Shown here: piece by piece, positions 64,000-64,000 of the stretch
Layout of the letters: every line of letters starts with the position of its first letter
Position numbering within the stretch: the stretch's first letter is position 1
Virus record (IMG/VR): IMGVR_UViG_3300008267_000012
DNA length: 64,000 bases
Reading direction: 5' to 3' (one strand)
Source: a virus
Taxonomy: Duplodnaviria > Caudoviricetes
Notes under the pieces: generated by a model
Seen by the model: only the letters and a program-made list of their open reading frames with translations
Told to the model about the DNA's origin: nothing
Database searches by the model: none
Translations under genes and position numbers: made by a program

Positions 64000-64000
64000 G

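Overview
AT-rich, gene-dense segment of a large (jumbo-type) tailed dsDNA phage, most likely infecting a Bacteroidota host (recurrent TAnnTTTG -7 promoter boxes, no Shine-Dalgarno motifs, lipoprotein signal peptides); standard genetic code. It has three zones. (1) 1-22.5 kb: replication and metabolism genes (family B DNA polymerase, GMP reductase-like, ThyX, frameshifted MazG-like, thioredoxin, truncated class II aaRS paralogue, metallophosphoesterase, M15 endolysin, HNH), a large baseplate/tail-like gene, tRNA-Leu, tRNA-Arg and an aberrant tRNA-like element. (2) About 21.6-48 kb: a cluster of DNA-structural elements (20-bp-period iterons, four AGGGGGGT tracts, a long hairpin, palindromic boxes, an alternating purine-pyrimidine tract), then a higher-GC sigma-70/ECF-like gene, then about 55 small minus-strand genes arranged as terminator-promoter-gene cassettes. 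The cassettes share a fixed-length 36-bp element (30 leftward and 4 rightward copies) that does not match the host promoter consensus. Three rightward copies lead into a conserved 47-nt non-coding repeat, and arrays of ACAATGT are scattered through the region. (3) 48-64 kb: C5-methyltransferase-like, secreted proteins and lipoproteins including a NucA-type nuclease, prolyl-hydroxylase-like oxygenase, tRNA(CAT), putative virion-internal polyproteins punctuated by L/I-x-E sites, a tandem pair of covarying Y-RNA-like ncRNAs, pyrD and the end of pyrF. The best candidates for undescribed biology are the sigma/36-bp cassette regulon with its sRNA family, the protease-punctuated effector polyproteins with a shared leader, and the Y-RNA-like pair. 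Family assignments come from motif recognition by eye; no searches were run.
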